This document shows, in pieces, positions 13,106-26,690 of a DNA stretch of 64,000 bases. Source of the DNA: Octopus bimaculoides (taxonomy: Eukaryota); contig NC_068992.1 of NCBI RefSeq assembly GCF_001194135.2, forward strand, positions 45,292,097-45,356,096, given 5' to 3'. The notes beneath the pieces are model-generated. The model ran no database searches and was not told the DNA's origin. It saw only the letters and a list, made by a program, of their open reading frames with translations. Each line of letters starts with the position of its first letter. The first letter of the stretch is position 1. A program made the position numbers and the translations under genes.

Positions 13106-14115
13106 TACATGCATATATGCAAACATACACACATAAATATATACATTCTATGTTTTTTTTGTGGTTGGATTACATTGTTATCTTTACACTCCTCTCAAAA
13201 TCGGAAGCGTGAAATCAGGAATTTGTTAAGTTTTCGGTTTTCTTCACGCACGCGATTGCACGCGCGCGCGCACACACAGAGATAGACGTGCATGCATGTG
13301 CATGAATGTGTATGTGTGTGTGATTGTGTGATGTGATAAAGAGGGAAAGAAAGAGAGTGGCGGTTTAGTGTATCAAGAAGAAAATCCAATGTGGGAGTTA
13401 AGCAATATAAATCATATTGTGTAAACCCCGTGATTTCTCAACTGATCTCTGAGAAAATATAAAATGGCGATTTTATCAAAATGTAAAATGTTGAATTAGA
13501 TAGAAGCTTTTTATGGTTGAATCTCCGATTTTCTGGTTTGTATTTTTGAACTGAAAATCACGAGGATTCCACCGTGTGAAATCCCCACTCTCACAATTTT
13601 ATTGTGCAACGCCCTCTAGATCGTATATGAGGTTTTGATTCATCTTTCGATAGTAATATCTTTTCAATCATTGTATTTGATTCTCGTGTACTAAATCAGA
13701 TATTTACCTTAAAGTGTATTGTCGGTTGAACTGAAGTGAAATGTTTTCAAGCCTTGATAGAAATTCTATCATCAATTTGATTGGCCCGCAGCTTAACTGT
13801 ACTGCAGAGTTCTTATCAGACGGTAATAGAATATTGTTTTAGGAAATTTTGAAGTGAAGACCAGTAAATTTGCTGATGTGTTATTGCTTCTCGTTCCTTC
13901 CTTCAATATCTCTGAAGATCTTTACATATAAGTCCGTAAGGACTTCATTTTAACGTTTTTTGCTTCATTTGACGCCATCTTACTGAGATAATAACTTTCT
14001 ATTCCACCTGCTCTCTGCACAATTTGATCTTTGTCACTAATCTCGTCATTGTATTGGGAAAACTTTTCCTATGGAACCAAAATACACACACACACACACA
14101 CCCACACACACACAG

Positions 14116-14180
<65 letters not shown>

Positions 14181-14765
14181 TACACACACACACACATGCG
14201 AGCAAAATCGAAGAAATGCAAAAAAGAAATAATGAAGACAATAGGAAAGAATAGATGACAAACGGAAAAATGTATTTATAAAAAATATGCAAATGGTTTT
14301 GCTTGTACTGATCGATAATCGATGGTAAGTTTGTAGCTAAGCGACTATAAACGATTAATCAGTCCTTATTGGTACTTAATATTTTATTGAGGCTTAGCAT
14401 ATGGAAAGCACATTACACCACGAGTGACACTGAAACTCTAGATTACTAGAAATAAGCTCAAATGATAAAATTCTAATACGGGATCAATACAACCGGTGGT
14501 TTTGGAGAGTACTGTAGCAGAGAATACTAAGCTCTTTATATGACTGGTACTTTTTCGGTCACAAAGAAGTATATTGATGCCAGCATACTCGAGATTCGAA
14601 ATAAGGATTCGATGGGACTTTCTATCAAGCCTGATATTCCACTGTCTTCCCCCAGTTTTGAACAACGCAAGACATTCAGTATGAGACAAGCACCTCCACC
14701 CAGCTAAGCCTGCATCCAGAGACATGTTTCTGAGTCTTTGCTCGACATCAGTCTGGAGTAGCAAT

Positions 14766-14871
14766 GGCCTGCTAGTTGGAGATGCCTGTCAAGCTCTCGT
14801 AAGCATATAATAATTCCAGTGAAACACATTCACTGATTTCAAAAATAGAAATAATCTTCAACTAGCAGGCC
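14766..14871. mobile_element. Small inverted-repeat element (putative MITE, 106 bp)
   Basis: ggcctgctagttggagat (14766-14783) matches the reverse complement of atcttcaactagcaggcc (14854-14871) at 17/18. No clear target-site duplication. Confidence 0.45.
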
Positions 14872-14884
14872 AACTTAGCTAAGC

Positions 14885-15047
14885 AGGAGGAGGAGGAAGA
14901 GAAAAAGACGAAAAGGGAAGAAGAGGGGGAGAAGGAGGAGGAGGAGAAGAAGAAGAAGAAGAAGAAGAAGAAGAAGAAGAAGAAGAAGAAGAAGATAGGA
15001 AGGAGGAGTTGTAGAAGAATAAGAATCAGGCGGAGAATATGAATAAT

Positions 15048-15121
<74 letters not shown>

Positions 15122-15140
15122 TAATCATCATAATAATAGC

Positions 15141-15190
<50 letters not shown>
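14885..15190. repeat. Compound microsatellite (GAG/GAA)n and (AAT)n
   Basis: Perfect (GAA)n at ~14944-14994 and (AAT)n at ~15051-15190. Confidence 0.95.
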
Positions 15191-16467
15191 GAGGGATCTT
15201 AAATGTTGGTTATCACCCTTGGTGTTTATGCCGTCGTGAGTTAAGTAATGAGGTTATTGCTCTCTAGGAGAAACCGGCTCACATCATGCAGGTAACATTT
15301 GCAAAGATTTTGTTCATACTTTCAACATTTAGCATACGACATGAACTAGACTGAACCGAATCCGGTGAAGTTGTTCTGACCTCATAAACATAACGAAAAG
15401 TCTGCTGTAGGTTGCAATTGACGACAACTGAGGTGACAGTCCATTGCGTTATCCAGTAAACCACTTCTGCAAGTACACAATTAAGTGTCAAAATACTCCA
15501 GCAAAGTCAAGCAGAGTGGAAACAAGTTGGTTTGATTTATAAAGGTTTGTGAATTAGACTTGAGAACCAAAAACTAACAGGAATCTATTGGTGTTGACCA
15601 CATATAGAGCTGTTACAGCACACAAACCATAAAATATTTAATATATACATCTTATTAAATTTGCGCCAATAACCAATAAAGTTTAGACAAGAAATATCTA
15701 TGATACACGCACAGCACATCGGCACACATGGATGTGTTTGTGTGTATGAAATTGTATATGTGTGAGTGTAATGATATAAGCATGTATACACACACATTCA
15801 CACAAGTATACGTATATATATCTATGCATACACAAAAAATGCATGTATATATGTATATATAAATATATATAAAACATATGTAAGCGTATATGTACTCATA
15901 TGTATGCATGTATGTATGTGTCCATGCACGTACATGTGTGCATATGTGTATATACATGTTTATTATATGAATAATGTGCCTACATATGTGTGTTTGTGTT
16001 TGTGTGTATGTGTATCCGTGTATGTCTGTGTGTATACATATGTGTGTATGTGTGTGTGAGAGAGTGAGTGAGTGAGTGAGTGTGTGTGTGTGTGTGTGTG
16101 TGAGTGTGTGTGCTGTGTGTGTGTAAAGTGTATTAATCCATTCTGCTTTTATGTAGAGAATATCCCATAAAGAAATATTTCTATAGACTCTGCTCGAACA
16201 TAAAGAAAAAAAAAACAGCCATTGAAAGGCATGGTTTAGCCTATGTCATGGAAATGGTCGTCTTTACACCGGCAAATCGATTTTCATCATATATACAACT
16301 ACACCCTTCTCTCTCTCTCTCTCTCTCCCCCCTCTCTCTCTCTCTCTCTCTAACTCTCTCTCTCTCTCTCTCTAACTCTCTCTCTCTACTTCTCTCTCTG
16401 AGAATATGTAGAAATATACATGCATACTGCATACACACATACATATTTACATGTATCAATGTATGTG

Positions 16468-16524
<57 letters not shown>

Positions 16525-16544
16525 TCGTGTGTGTGAGTGTGCGT

Positions 16545-16581
<37 letters not shown>

Positions 16582-17243
16582 CAAGAGAGACCGTAAAGAT
16601 ACGTTTACTTACGCACACATATTCACACATACACACACACACACACGATATATTGTTAGTCAAGCAGAGTCTCTTATGCTCTAATAAAACATCTTGTGCA
16701 AAGAAACTGAGAAAAATCGTCTTTCGGTTTTGCAATAACACCTAGAGATGTTTATCAGAAGTCTTATACACTTCAACACTTCTACAGTTCTCTGCTACAT
16801 GTGTAAGAAGCTTATAAACTAATACAATCTTCTACGAATTTCAGATACTCTCTATATAGGTGGAACAAAGAAAAAATAAAGCGATATATATTTTCCCCCT
16901 GCCGCCATGACACCAATTTGTATAAATAGAAATGAAATTTACAGGATTGTAAAAGAAATTCCAGTAAATTTTTCATTTTGTTACATGAACTGTACCTAAG
17001 TACACTAAATCTCTATTAATAATTATATTTTCACCTTCTAGTAAATACTTCTATACCAACCGACCTTACCTTACTTTAAATGTAATTTAAAAACACTCTC
17101 ATTTCGGCCATGTTGAATCTTGTTTGAAATGTCGCTCACGGCGTTTTCAAGATCACACATTTCCAATAGCATACAGGAATATGACACCACCCAGATTTGA
17201 TAGAATTAATATAAAACAACATACATATGCAGAAGTCCAACAG

Positions 17244-17431
17244 CTCTTTTACTCTTTTACTCTTTTACTTGTTTCAGTCATTTGACTGCGGCCATGCTGG
17301 AGCACCGATTTTAGTCGAGCAAATCGACCCCAGGACTTATTCTTTGGAAGCCTAGTACTTATTCTATCGATCACTTTTGCTGAACCACTAAGTTACGGGG
17401 ACGTAAACAGACCACCATCCTTTGTCAAGCA
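17244..17431 (-). mobile_element. SINE family 1, 3' half with (AAAAGAGT)-like tail
   Basis: Reverse complement of the shared block ctccagcatggccgcagtcaaatgactgaaaca and gatagaataagtact also seen at 24399-24519, 58555-58743 and 61310-61385. Confidence 0.85.
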
Positions 17432-17621
17432 ACTACAACAATAATAACATACCAGGTGTTGACTCGTTCAGTTAGAGATAAAGAAAAGAAATGCTATGCT
17501 GACTAATGAAATCATAGATATACTATGAAGGGACACTTATGACTTGAGTGCCTTTAATATAGACCTGCTCCTTCAGGACTAAATACCACCACCACCGCCA
17601 CCACCGCCGGCGCCGCCACCG

Positions 17622-17808
17622 CTGGACGAAATGTTTAGTGGTATTTCGCCCGTCGCTGCGTTCTGGGTCTAAATTCCGCCGAGGTCGACTTTACTTTCCA
17701 TCCTTTCCGGGTCGATAAAGAAGGTACCGGTTGAGTACTGGGCTAGATGTAAACGACTATCCTCTCCCCCAAATTTCAGGCCTTTTGCCTATAATAGTAA
17801 GGATTCTT
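17622..17808 (+). mobile_element. SINE family 2, 5'-truncated, followed by a (CTT)n tract to 17894
   Basis: Shares aaattccgccgaggtcgacttt..tttc.gggtcgataaa..gtactggg..ggccttgtgcc with the copies at 41057 and 50354. Confidence 0.85.
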
Positions 17809-18168
17809 CTTCTTCTTCTTCTTCTTCTTCTTCTTCTTCTTCTTCTTCTTCTTCTTCTTCTTCTTCTTCTTCTTCTTCTTCTTCTTCTTCTTCTCATTAT
17901 TATTTCTTTTGAGTTCAAATCCCTCCAGTGTCAGCTTTGCTTTTGTCTTTGCATGATCGACAGAATAACGCTCACCCTCCNNNNNNNNNNNNNNNNNNNN
18001 NNNNNNNNNNNNNNNNNNNNNNNNNNNNNNNNNNNNNNNNNNNNNNNNNNNNNNNNNNNNNNNNNNNNNNNNNNNNNNNNNNNNNNNNNNNNNNNNNNNN
18101 NNNNNNNNNNNNNNNNNNNGTGCGCGCGCGCGAGTAAGAGTGTGCGTCTGTGTATGCATTTGTGTAAG

Positions 18169-18226
<58 letters not shown>

Positions 18227-19158
18227 TATTGTCGCTATATCCATACTCCATACATACATATATACATACAAACATACATACATGCATACATATATAAGTA
18301 CATACGCAAATACACACAAATATATATTTACTTTCAGGCTACGATATCTTTCTGGTTTAATTTATAAGTTTGAATTGAACAGATATGCCCCAGCGTAACG
18401 CAACCCAGTCATTGTAATATCTCAGGTTTGGTACGTGCTTACGCCACTTATTTTTTGTCTCGACTATTGTTCAATGGATATAGCTACCAAATCGCTCATT
18501 TCTCCAGATAGATCGTGTCTTTATAAAGAATAGCCATCTTCTAATGATGCGGCTGATTCTTTCTTTGTGCTGATTGCATCGTCTGTTGTTGACTTCTTTT
18601 ATTAACTTTCGCTTGCATGGTTATGTTTTATGCAGCTAAAATCACTTCAACGTTTTTTCTTTTGCTCTTAGTTCAGAGCTTTTGTATCATGGTTAGCTTT
18701 TATATTAACTCACTTCGCCTCTGTCCAGTCTTGCAGGTTTTTCTCTCTATTTCTTTTTGCTTTGATAATATTTTGGATATCTACTTTGATTTTATCTTTT
18801 GTATGTTTTCGAACAATTTCTCTTGTTTCCTAATCTTTTACCGTCAGTGTAATTAGTTTCTAGTTTGTATTGTATCATTTCCTAACATAAACATAACATT
18901 TTCTGCTTTTTTTATTCCCAGAGTCTTATTGTTATCAGTCAACATTTCCTTGCTTCTAAATATTTTTCTAGATCCACTTTACAGACAGTATATTAGTTCT
19001 ATATTTGTTTCAAAACTATTCAATACCGGCACGTAGTCGGTATATCGTATCGATATCAAATTTAGTATCGAAGATTCGAAATACAGTTAAGTAACTTTGT
19101 GTCTCTGCCTTCTTCTCATTAATAAGATCTAATTAGTGTCGTCATCTATGCATCATTC

Positions 19159-20420
19159 TTAATGTATATACACTGATGATTGGTCAGTTACTTACATGAC
19201 ATCTTTTATAGACGTACTGTGTTAAAACAATAAATATAGTAGTGAGATGAAAATTCGTCCCAACAGTGGCCAAAATAATCTCCATATGACTTTAAGAGTA
19301 TTTAGATCTTTTCAATGGCGCGTAGTCGCAGCTAACCTTATGCTAGGACGAAAATTCGTCGCTTCTGATACAGAAGTCAATGAATAAAACATTTACTGAT
19401 GTTGCGAAAAGTCGTCAGATTGAATAAGACCTGGTAAATGCGATTGAGGCAGTAGAGAATCTATATAATAGCCTTGTATGTATAATAGTTAATGCATATG
19501 CATTGTTGATAGACCAGTTATAGCGCTATTTCTCTTGAGATAACATCTCTTAGGAACGTACTATGTTAAAACTCAATAAATATGGGAGGGAGATAGAACG
19601 TTGTGCTGCAGCAGCGGCAAACATGTATGCTAGATGCATTTCGGTCTTTTTGGTCTTTTCAATGGCGAGTATTTACCGGCTGCTACATCTTCGGACAAAA
19701 ATTCATTGCCTCAGATTTAAGAAACTGCATAAAATATCCGCTTATTATGCAAGAATCCACTTAACTGAAAAAAACCCCAGTACATGCAATTTCAGTAGTA
19801 TTTAGTTAAAAAAATAAACGACGTTTCTATGTACCGTAGTTAATGTATACTGCGGGTTACTGCGGTATTTTTACTGAGATAATAACTGCGCTGGATTTGC
19901 TGTGCTAAAAACACAGCATATATGGCAAGGAGACGATAGTTAATCCCAGCAGTGTCCAGGGAGAATACTAGATGTATTTCAGCCTCTTTCGATGGCGAGT
20001 ATTCGCAGGCAGCCGCATGTTTGGAATAGAATCCGTCAGCCGATACAGGAAGCAATAAACGAAACATTTATTGATTTTGCGATTAGTCACTCAGAAAGAA
20101 AAAAAAGTGGAATATACAACAGGGGGAATAAAGAAATTTAGATATCTATGTATCATACTAAATATATATTCACTGGTGATATACCAGTTACTCTGGTATC
20201 TATCCTTAATAATGACTCTGATTGACAATGAATATGGGTGGGAGACTAAAATTGCTCTCAGTAGCAGCAGCAGCACCGTAACATCAGCAGCAGCAGCAGC
20301 AGCACCAGCTGCCAAGAACGTCAGGTGCATTTCGGGATTTTTGGTGCTTTTTGATGGTATGTGCTTGCTTGCCGGCAGTTACATCCTTGGGCTGATATTC
20401 CCCAGGATAGCCAGAGGGGA
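19159..20420. repeat. Degenerate tandem array of four ~320-350 bp units
   Basis: Recurrent motifs: ttaatg(t/c)ata-type unit starts at ~19159, 19489, 19840, 20158, and ttcaatggcg-type cores at ~19311, 19658, 19988, 20350. Confidence 0.7.
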
Positions 20421-20895
20421 AGTGGGGTAACACAGAATCATCTCATTTTCAATGTCACTAGCTTTCCGTGTCGAAGAAGTAAGGTGCATAGAAACTGCGC
20501 GTATGATTTGATCAATGTGTGTATAAGTGTGTGATAAAGATATGATATAATATATATATATATATTATATATCCTTGTCACACACTTATACATACAGACA
20601 CACATGTGAATACATATATGTATTATACATATGCATATCTATCTATGTGCATGTATTACATATCAGTTTGATTGTGAGCGCTACTGGTAGCGTCTTATCT
20701 AGTACAATCTGTATAATAGTCATTGATTGCAAGAAAATCAGCGCACGTAACAGACTTGCAGCGAGAGAAGGATTGGAAGAACCCTAACAGAAAAATGTTT
20801 GGTGTCAAAAGGTTATTTGCATTTTGCATTGAGGCAACAATAATCTAACGATAGTTCAAGTAATTTGGAATTCCGTACATATGCAAAAATGATTA

Positions 20896-21015
20896 GGCTT
20901 TGGTCAACCCGTGGTTATAGTAGAAGGCACTTGCCCAAGGTACCACGCAGTAGGACTGAAACCGAAACCATGTGGTTAGGAAGCAAGCCTCCTACCACAC
21001 AGCCACAACTGCGCC
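20896..21015 (-). mobile_element. SINE family 1, 5' tRNA-like head and CORE-like segment
   Basis: Reverse complement reads ggcgcagttgtggctgtgtggtaggaggcttgcttcctaaccacatggtttcggtttcagtcctactgcgtggtacccttgggcaagtgccttctactataacc, collinear with 61095-61200. Confidence 0.85.
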
Positions 21016-22580
21016 TATATATAAACTACAGATAAATACACACACACACTCTCAAATTACAGATAAACGCATATATANNNNNNNNNNNNNNNNNNNNNNN
21101 NNNNNNNNNNNNNNNNNNNNNNNNNNNNNNNNNNNNNNNNNNNNNNNNNNNNNNNNNNNNNNNNNNNNNNNNNNNNNNNNNNNNNNNNNNNNNNNNNNNN
21201 NNNNNNNNNNNNNNNNNNNNNNNNNNNNNNNNNNNNNNNNNNNNNNNNNNNNNNNNNNNNNNNNNNNNNNNNNNNNNNNNNNNNNNNNNNNNNNNNNNNN
21301 NNNNNNNNNNNNNNNNNNNNNNNNNNNNNNNNNNNNNNNNNNNNNNNNNNNNNNNNNNNNNNNNNNNNNNNNNNNNNNNNNNNNATATAATTTTATGTAT
21401 GATTGTAAGAAATATACATATACATATACATACACATATAAACTCATACAAAAATGATATTATGGAAGCCAATGGTATTTGAATCGTCCTGACACGACGT
21501 AGTTTACTTCTCGTGCGATTAATATACCTTCAATTTTAAGAAAAATTGTACATCATAAGGTATTATGCATTCATATATGCACACATGTACACCCATATGA
21601 ACACAATTGTTCTCAAAAGTCAAAGCTATACGCATATCCACAATCATCCATATGAATTTGCGCGCCCGTGTATCTATATATACATACATACATACACGCA
21701 TACGTACACACATATACAGACATATAATATAAATTTTATCATATATAGTATGCAATCATATATATATATATATGTGTGTGTTTGTGTGCATGACCATGCC
21801 ACCCACTCTCACATGAATAGAGGCACATGTGTACACCACCATAGAGAAACACAAATGCATAAATGCATAAGCATACGCCTCTTTATGCTCACACATACAC
21901 AACTCTCTGTAAGAACACAAGAAGCCAAACGCACATACAGAAACAAACACACACAGACATGCGCGTACACAAGCACCCACCCCCAAACCACGGCTTCCAT
22001 ACATATATTGTGTGTCAGTAGGATAGTACGTGTGTGTTCTAGTCACTCGGTACTGCCTCAGAGACAGGAATCCACCAATATTCTAAAGATTTGCAAGAAC
22101 AATAACAAAACCAGCGAAACACTACAAGACAACAACTAGAACAACAGTAATAACAAGAGGAATATAAAACCCTATTAAAAGAAACAATAGTTTACTATAT
22201 AGAGCTCACTCCAACGCAAATTTATTCAATGTATTATTTGTGTGTGTGTGTATAAACTTACGTACGTACATATATTTTTTCTTATAGTTATCTTTATTTA
22301 GATTGAGGTAAAAAAAAAAATGGCGTTTTCATATTTATCCTTTACTAAACTTTTTCCGTCCTCTCTCACGCGACACGTATGTATGACAAAAATACCGAAC
22401 AATACCCTGAAAATCTCTGTGTGCGTGTGTATGTGTGTATATGTGAGTGTGCGTATGTGATGTGAGTATGGATGTATGTTCGTATGTATGTATGTATGTT
22501 TGTATGAGTGCAAAATTAAGTGTAAATACATATACACACACGCATATATATATATATGTGTGTGTGTGACTGAGGAAAAG

Positions 22581-22630
<50 letters not shown>

Positions 22631-22813
22631 AGAGAAAGTAAGTGAGGGTAAGACAGAGTATGTGTGCGTAAGCATATATATATATATATGTTTATCATAA
22701 TTTATGAATGAATGGCCTTAATTGTTTTCCCTTCTCTCTCATCCTTTCCGTCTTCCTAGGTATACATATATGCATCTATATACATATATATATATGTATA
22801 TATATATATACAC

Positions 22814-22886
<73 letters not shown>

Positions 22887-23743
22887 TTATGAGTGTATGT
22901 GTATATACGTGTATAGATGCGAGTACGAAACGACAGATGTACGAGGCACAATGAATGATAGCAATCGCATAAAATTACCGACGAAAAATGTAAGTATAAA
23001 TATATATGTGGATATATACACATGCATTCATATATTTATGCATATGTATGCGTACGATGGTATACTCTCATACATGTATGTATATATTTGTGCATGTGTG
23101 CGTATAGATATATGTATATATANNNNNNNNNNNNNNNNNNNNNNNNNNNNNNNNNNNNNNNNNNNNNNNNNNNNNNNNNNNNNNNNNNNNNNNNNNNNNN
23201 NNNNNNNNNNNNNNNNNNNNNNNNNNNNNNNNNNNNNNNNNNNNNNNNNNNNNNNNNNNNNNNNNNNNNNNNNNNNNNNNNNNNNNNNNNNNNNNNNNNN
23301 NNNNNNNNNNNNNNNNNNNNNNNNNNNNNNNNNNNNNNNNNNNNNNNNNNNNNNNNNNNNNNNNNNNNNNNNNNNNNNNNNNNNNNNNNNNNNNNNNNNN
23401 NNNNNNNNNNNNNNNNNNNNNNNNNNNNNNNNNNNNNNNNNNNNNNNNNNNNNNNNNNNNNNNNNNNNNNNNNNNNNNNNNNNNNNNNNNNNNNNNNNNN
23501 NNNNNNNNNNNNNNNNNNNNNNNNNNNNNNNNNNNNNNNNNNNNNNNNNNNNNNNNNNNNNNNNNNNNNNNNNNNNNNNNNNNNNNNNNNNNNNNNNNNN
23601 NNNNNNNNNNNNNNNNNNNNNNNNNNNNNNNNNNNNNNNNNNNNNNNNNNNNNNNNNNNNNNNNNNNNNNNNNNNNNNNNNNNNNNNNNNNNNNNNNNNN
23701 NNNNNNNNNNNNNNNNNNNNNNNNNNNNNNNNNNNNNNNNNNN

Positions 23744-23774
<31 letters not shown>

Positions 23775-24398
23775 CTTCTATGCATGCAAACATGCAAATA
23801 TAAACGCCCGTACACATATTCGTGTGTATGTTCATACATTTACACATGCATATATACGCAATCACGTGATCATACATTGACACACACACAATTATACATA
23901 CATACGCATTTCCAACAGAAATTAATCGTATTCCACCCGATGACGCGTCCTCACACTACTGCTGCTGGAAAATATTCAACTATGAAATAATTTTGAAGAA
24001 TGATCTTGTATAATAGCATATGAGTATAATGTCAGTAACTTAAAGCTGGTCAGTGATGCAGAAACAAATGCTGTCATGTACTATTAAAAGCCTGATATCG
24101 AGCATCCTCGTGTTATATTATTATGCAAACCTTGGAATGTAGTAGCCAAATAGCACCATAAGCGCACTTAAATCCATGTTACAAGGTTCTTATCAAAATT
24201 GCACTAAATATATGTATGTTTATAAACGGCGATACTGCCATTTAACTCTAGGAACATATCTACTCCAGTTGGGTTATACAGTGCACCTCTCAAACTCGAT
24301 ATTTATTGCAAAGCGAAGATAACGCCTGCCACCCTAGCTCTGAGACGACCAGACCACGTGGTTTCGATCTGTATTGGATCTCTTCGGTCGTGGGCACT

Positions 24399-24519
24399 CG
24401 TAACTTAACAGTTTGGCAAAAGACACCGATAGAATAAGTACTACTCGTACAAAGAATGTTGTTGATTTGATCGACTAAAGGCAGTGCTCCAGCATGGCCG
24501 CAGTCAAATGACTGAAACA
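24399..24519 (+). mobile_element. SINE family 1, 3' half
   Basis: accgatagaataagtact..tcgactaaaggcagtgctccagcatggccgcagtcaaatgactgaaaca. Confidence 0.85.
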
Positions 24520-26659
24520 TATATTTATGAATATACTGTACATTTTGAAGTGCAAGTAAGATTTAGACCTTGCATAGTTTCTACACACACCTTTGCACAC
24601 ACGGCTATAAATATACGTAAGCATAATTGCTTGTGTATATGTAATGATGGTCTACCTATTATAATTTTTTAGATATACTCTCAAATGCTTGTTTATATTC
24701 ACTCGAGAATTTAATTATAATTTATGACCACGTGCACACTTTCAGATAAATTAGTTAAGCATACACAGTTCTAATACACAATTGTAAACATACACACATA
24801 AACTCGTACTCGTACTCATATGTATGTATACGAAACTAATATATATAATTATCTATACGTCTATCAATCTATATCTGTCTATATATCTCTATGTTTGTGT
24901 ATGTATGTATATATGTATGTGTGTGAATATATTTTTGCATATGTGCGTTTGTTTGCATGTGAGAGCTGTTTTGTATTTAAATGCGTGAACCAAAGTCAAC
25001 ACATTACGCCTGGAAAAATATTCAATAAACTCTGCAACTAATTCCTTAAAATTCCACTGATATTCTAGACACAAACATACACACACACGCACAGTCTCAA
25101 ACACACACTCTCACATATACCCACGCACTGACACACATACACTCACACAATGACATAGTTGCTTATAAGTATCCGTATACATACACCCATATATATATAT
25201 GTGTGTTAGGGTATATATATTTATGTATATACTTATGTTTATAAGAACACAAATATATGCATATATATGTAGTAGACACCAAGATATATGGCTGTTTGTA
25301 TTTACATACATATATACATACTCACACACACACTTATATGTCGATATGTTTATTTATATGTATGTACATGTATATATACGTATATTCAGAGTCATGAAGA
25401 GCATTGCAAGCTATTCACTGAAAGCAATAAATGTAATGTACAGAGAAGAATGAAAAGTAGCGAAATCTGTGAAGGAAATCCTGTTTTCTTTGATAGCTTA
25501 CATCTCTAAACATCTTTTATAAGACATCGATTAACTTGTCCGTGATCGGAAGCTGACTATCCGGATACAAGCTATTGGTAACTTCTTGTACAGGATCACA
25601 GTGAAGATGAAAAGGGCTTAATTTTACCGACATACTCAATAAGTAAAAGAAATAAAAAAATCTAGTAAATAAAAAAGAAAATGAAAAACAATATAAGGGA
25701 AACTATAATGAAAATAAAATGAAATGCAAAAACACTCAACAAGAAAAACTTAAACAACCACATACTCAACGACGACAACAACATAGCCTCCGGTTAAATA
25801 TGATAGAAGACGGTTAGCATGTGTAACAGTTGAATAGGTCACCTTTGAAAAGCTGCATTTTTTTCGAAATTTGATAAGCTTTTAATGTTACGTTGAGTTC
25901 CAATGCTGTAGGTTTTAAAGAAAATCGTTACAAATTGCTGACAAGTCACCGAAAAAGAGTTTGAAGTTTGTAGAGGTTTTACAGAGTGTGCAGTAACTAA
26001 CCTTCCGGTAAAAAGCCTCGTCTTTCCTGCCTATTATATTCTAACTAGATGTTGTGCGACACGTAGCTCGTAGCGTTGTTACAACACCAAGGAAGTCGTC
26101 ATCACTATATATTACTTACAGATGTTGTAGTAACTCATCTGCATAGACACCATTTCCTTCCAAAACTGTATGCGTATTGGAGGATATGAAAACAGTATTT
26201 TCTGTAAAGGAAATATAAATCAATGACAGAGTTCTGCTACTGCTTTTATCGATGTTTATTGGGGTGTTTAGATTACGTCTGTGGGCTATGACATCATTCT
26301 ATACCTCACTAAGGAAGCCAGCTGACTTACTCCATTATAAAACAGAGGAAATACGAAGTAGATAAAGCCACTTTTCGAGGACAAATATATGAAGCTGAGG
26401 TGTGTAACCAACTGTCTGTACATAGTGTATTACTGGTACGATTATATCGGCTCCAATTTGAATTCATAAACTAGGCAGAAGAATTTACATTAATAATAAA
26501 CTTACTTTGGCCTTTCTAACTAATTTAATATGATTTCAGCAACCACGGATTCCAAATGGGGGACATTGGCATCATGACAGACTGTACACAGGTAGTAAAA
26601 GTATAGATATATGCATATATGCATGTATGCATATATATATATATGTGTGTGTGTGAGTG

Positions 26660-26690
<31 letters not shown>

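Noticed and set aside
18480-19000. T-rich stretch whose reverse complement looks like an A-rich LINE ORF (also 28380-28720)
   Set aside because: Only compositional resemblance and one or two weak motifs; not assignable without a search.
19159-20420. CRISPR-like or tandem alternative-exon interpretation of the four-unit array
   Set aside because: Similarity extends through the whole unit rather than short repeats with unique spacers, there are no cas-like genes, the context is eukaryotic, and the units share no open frame or splice sites.
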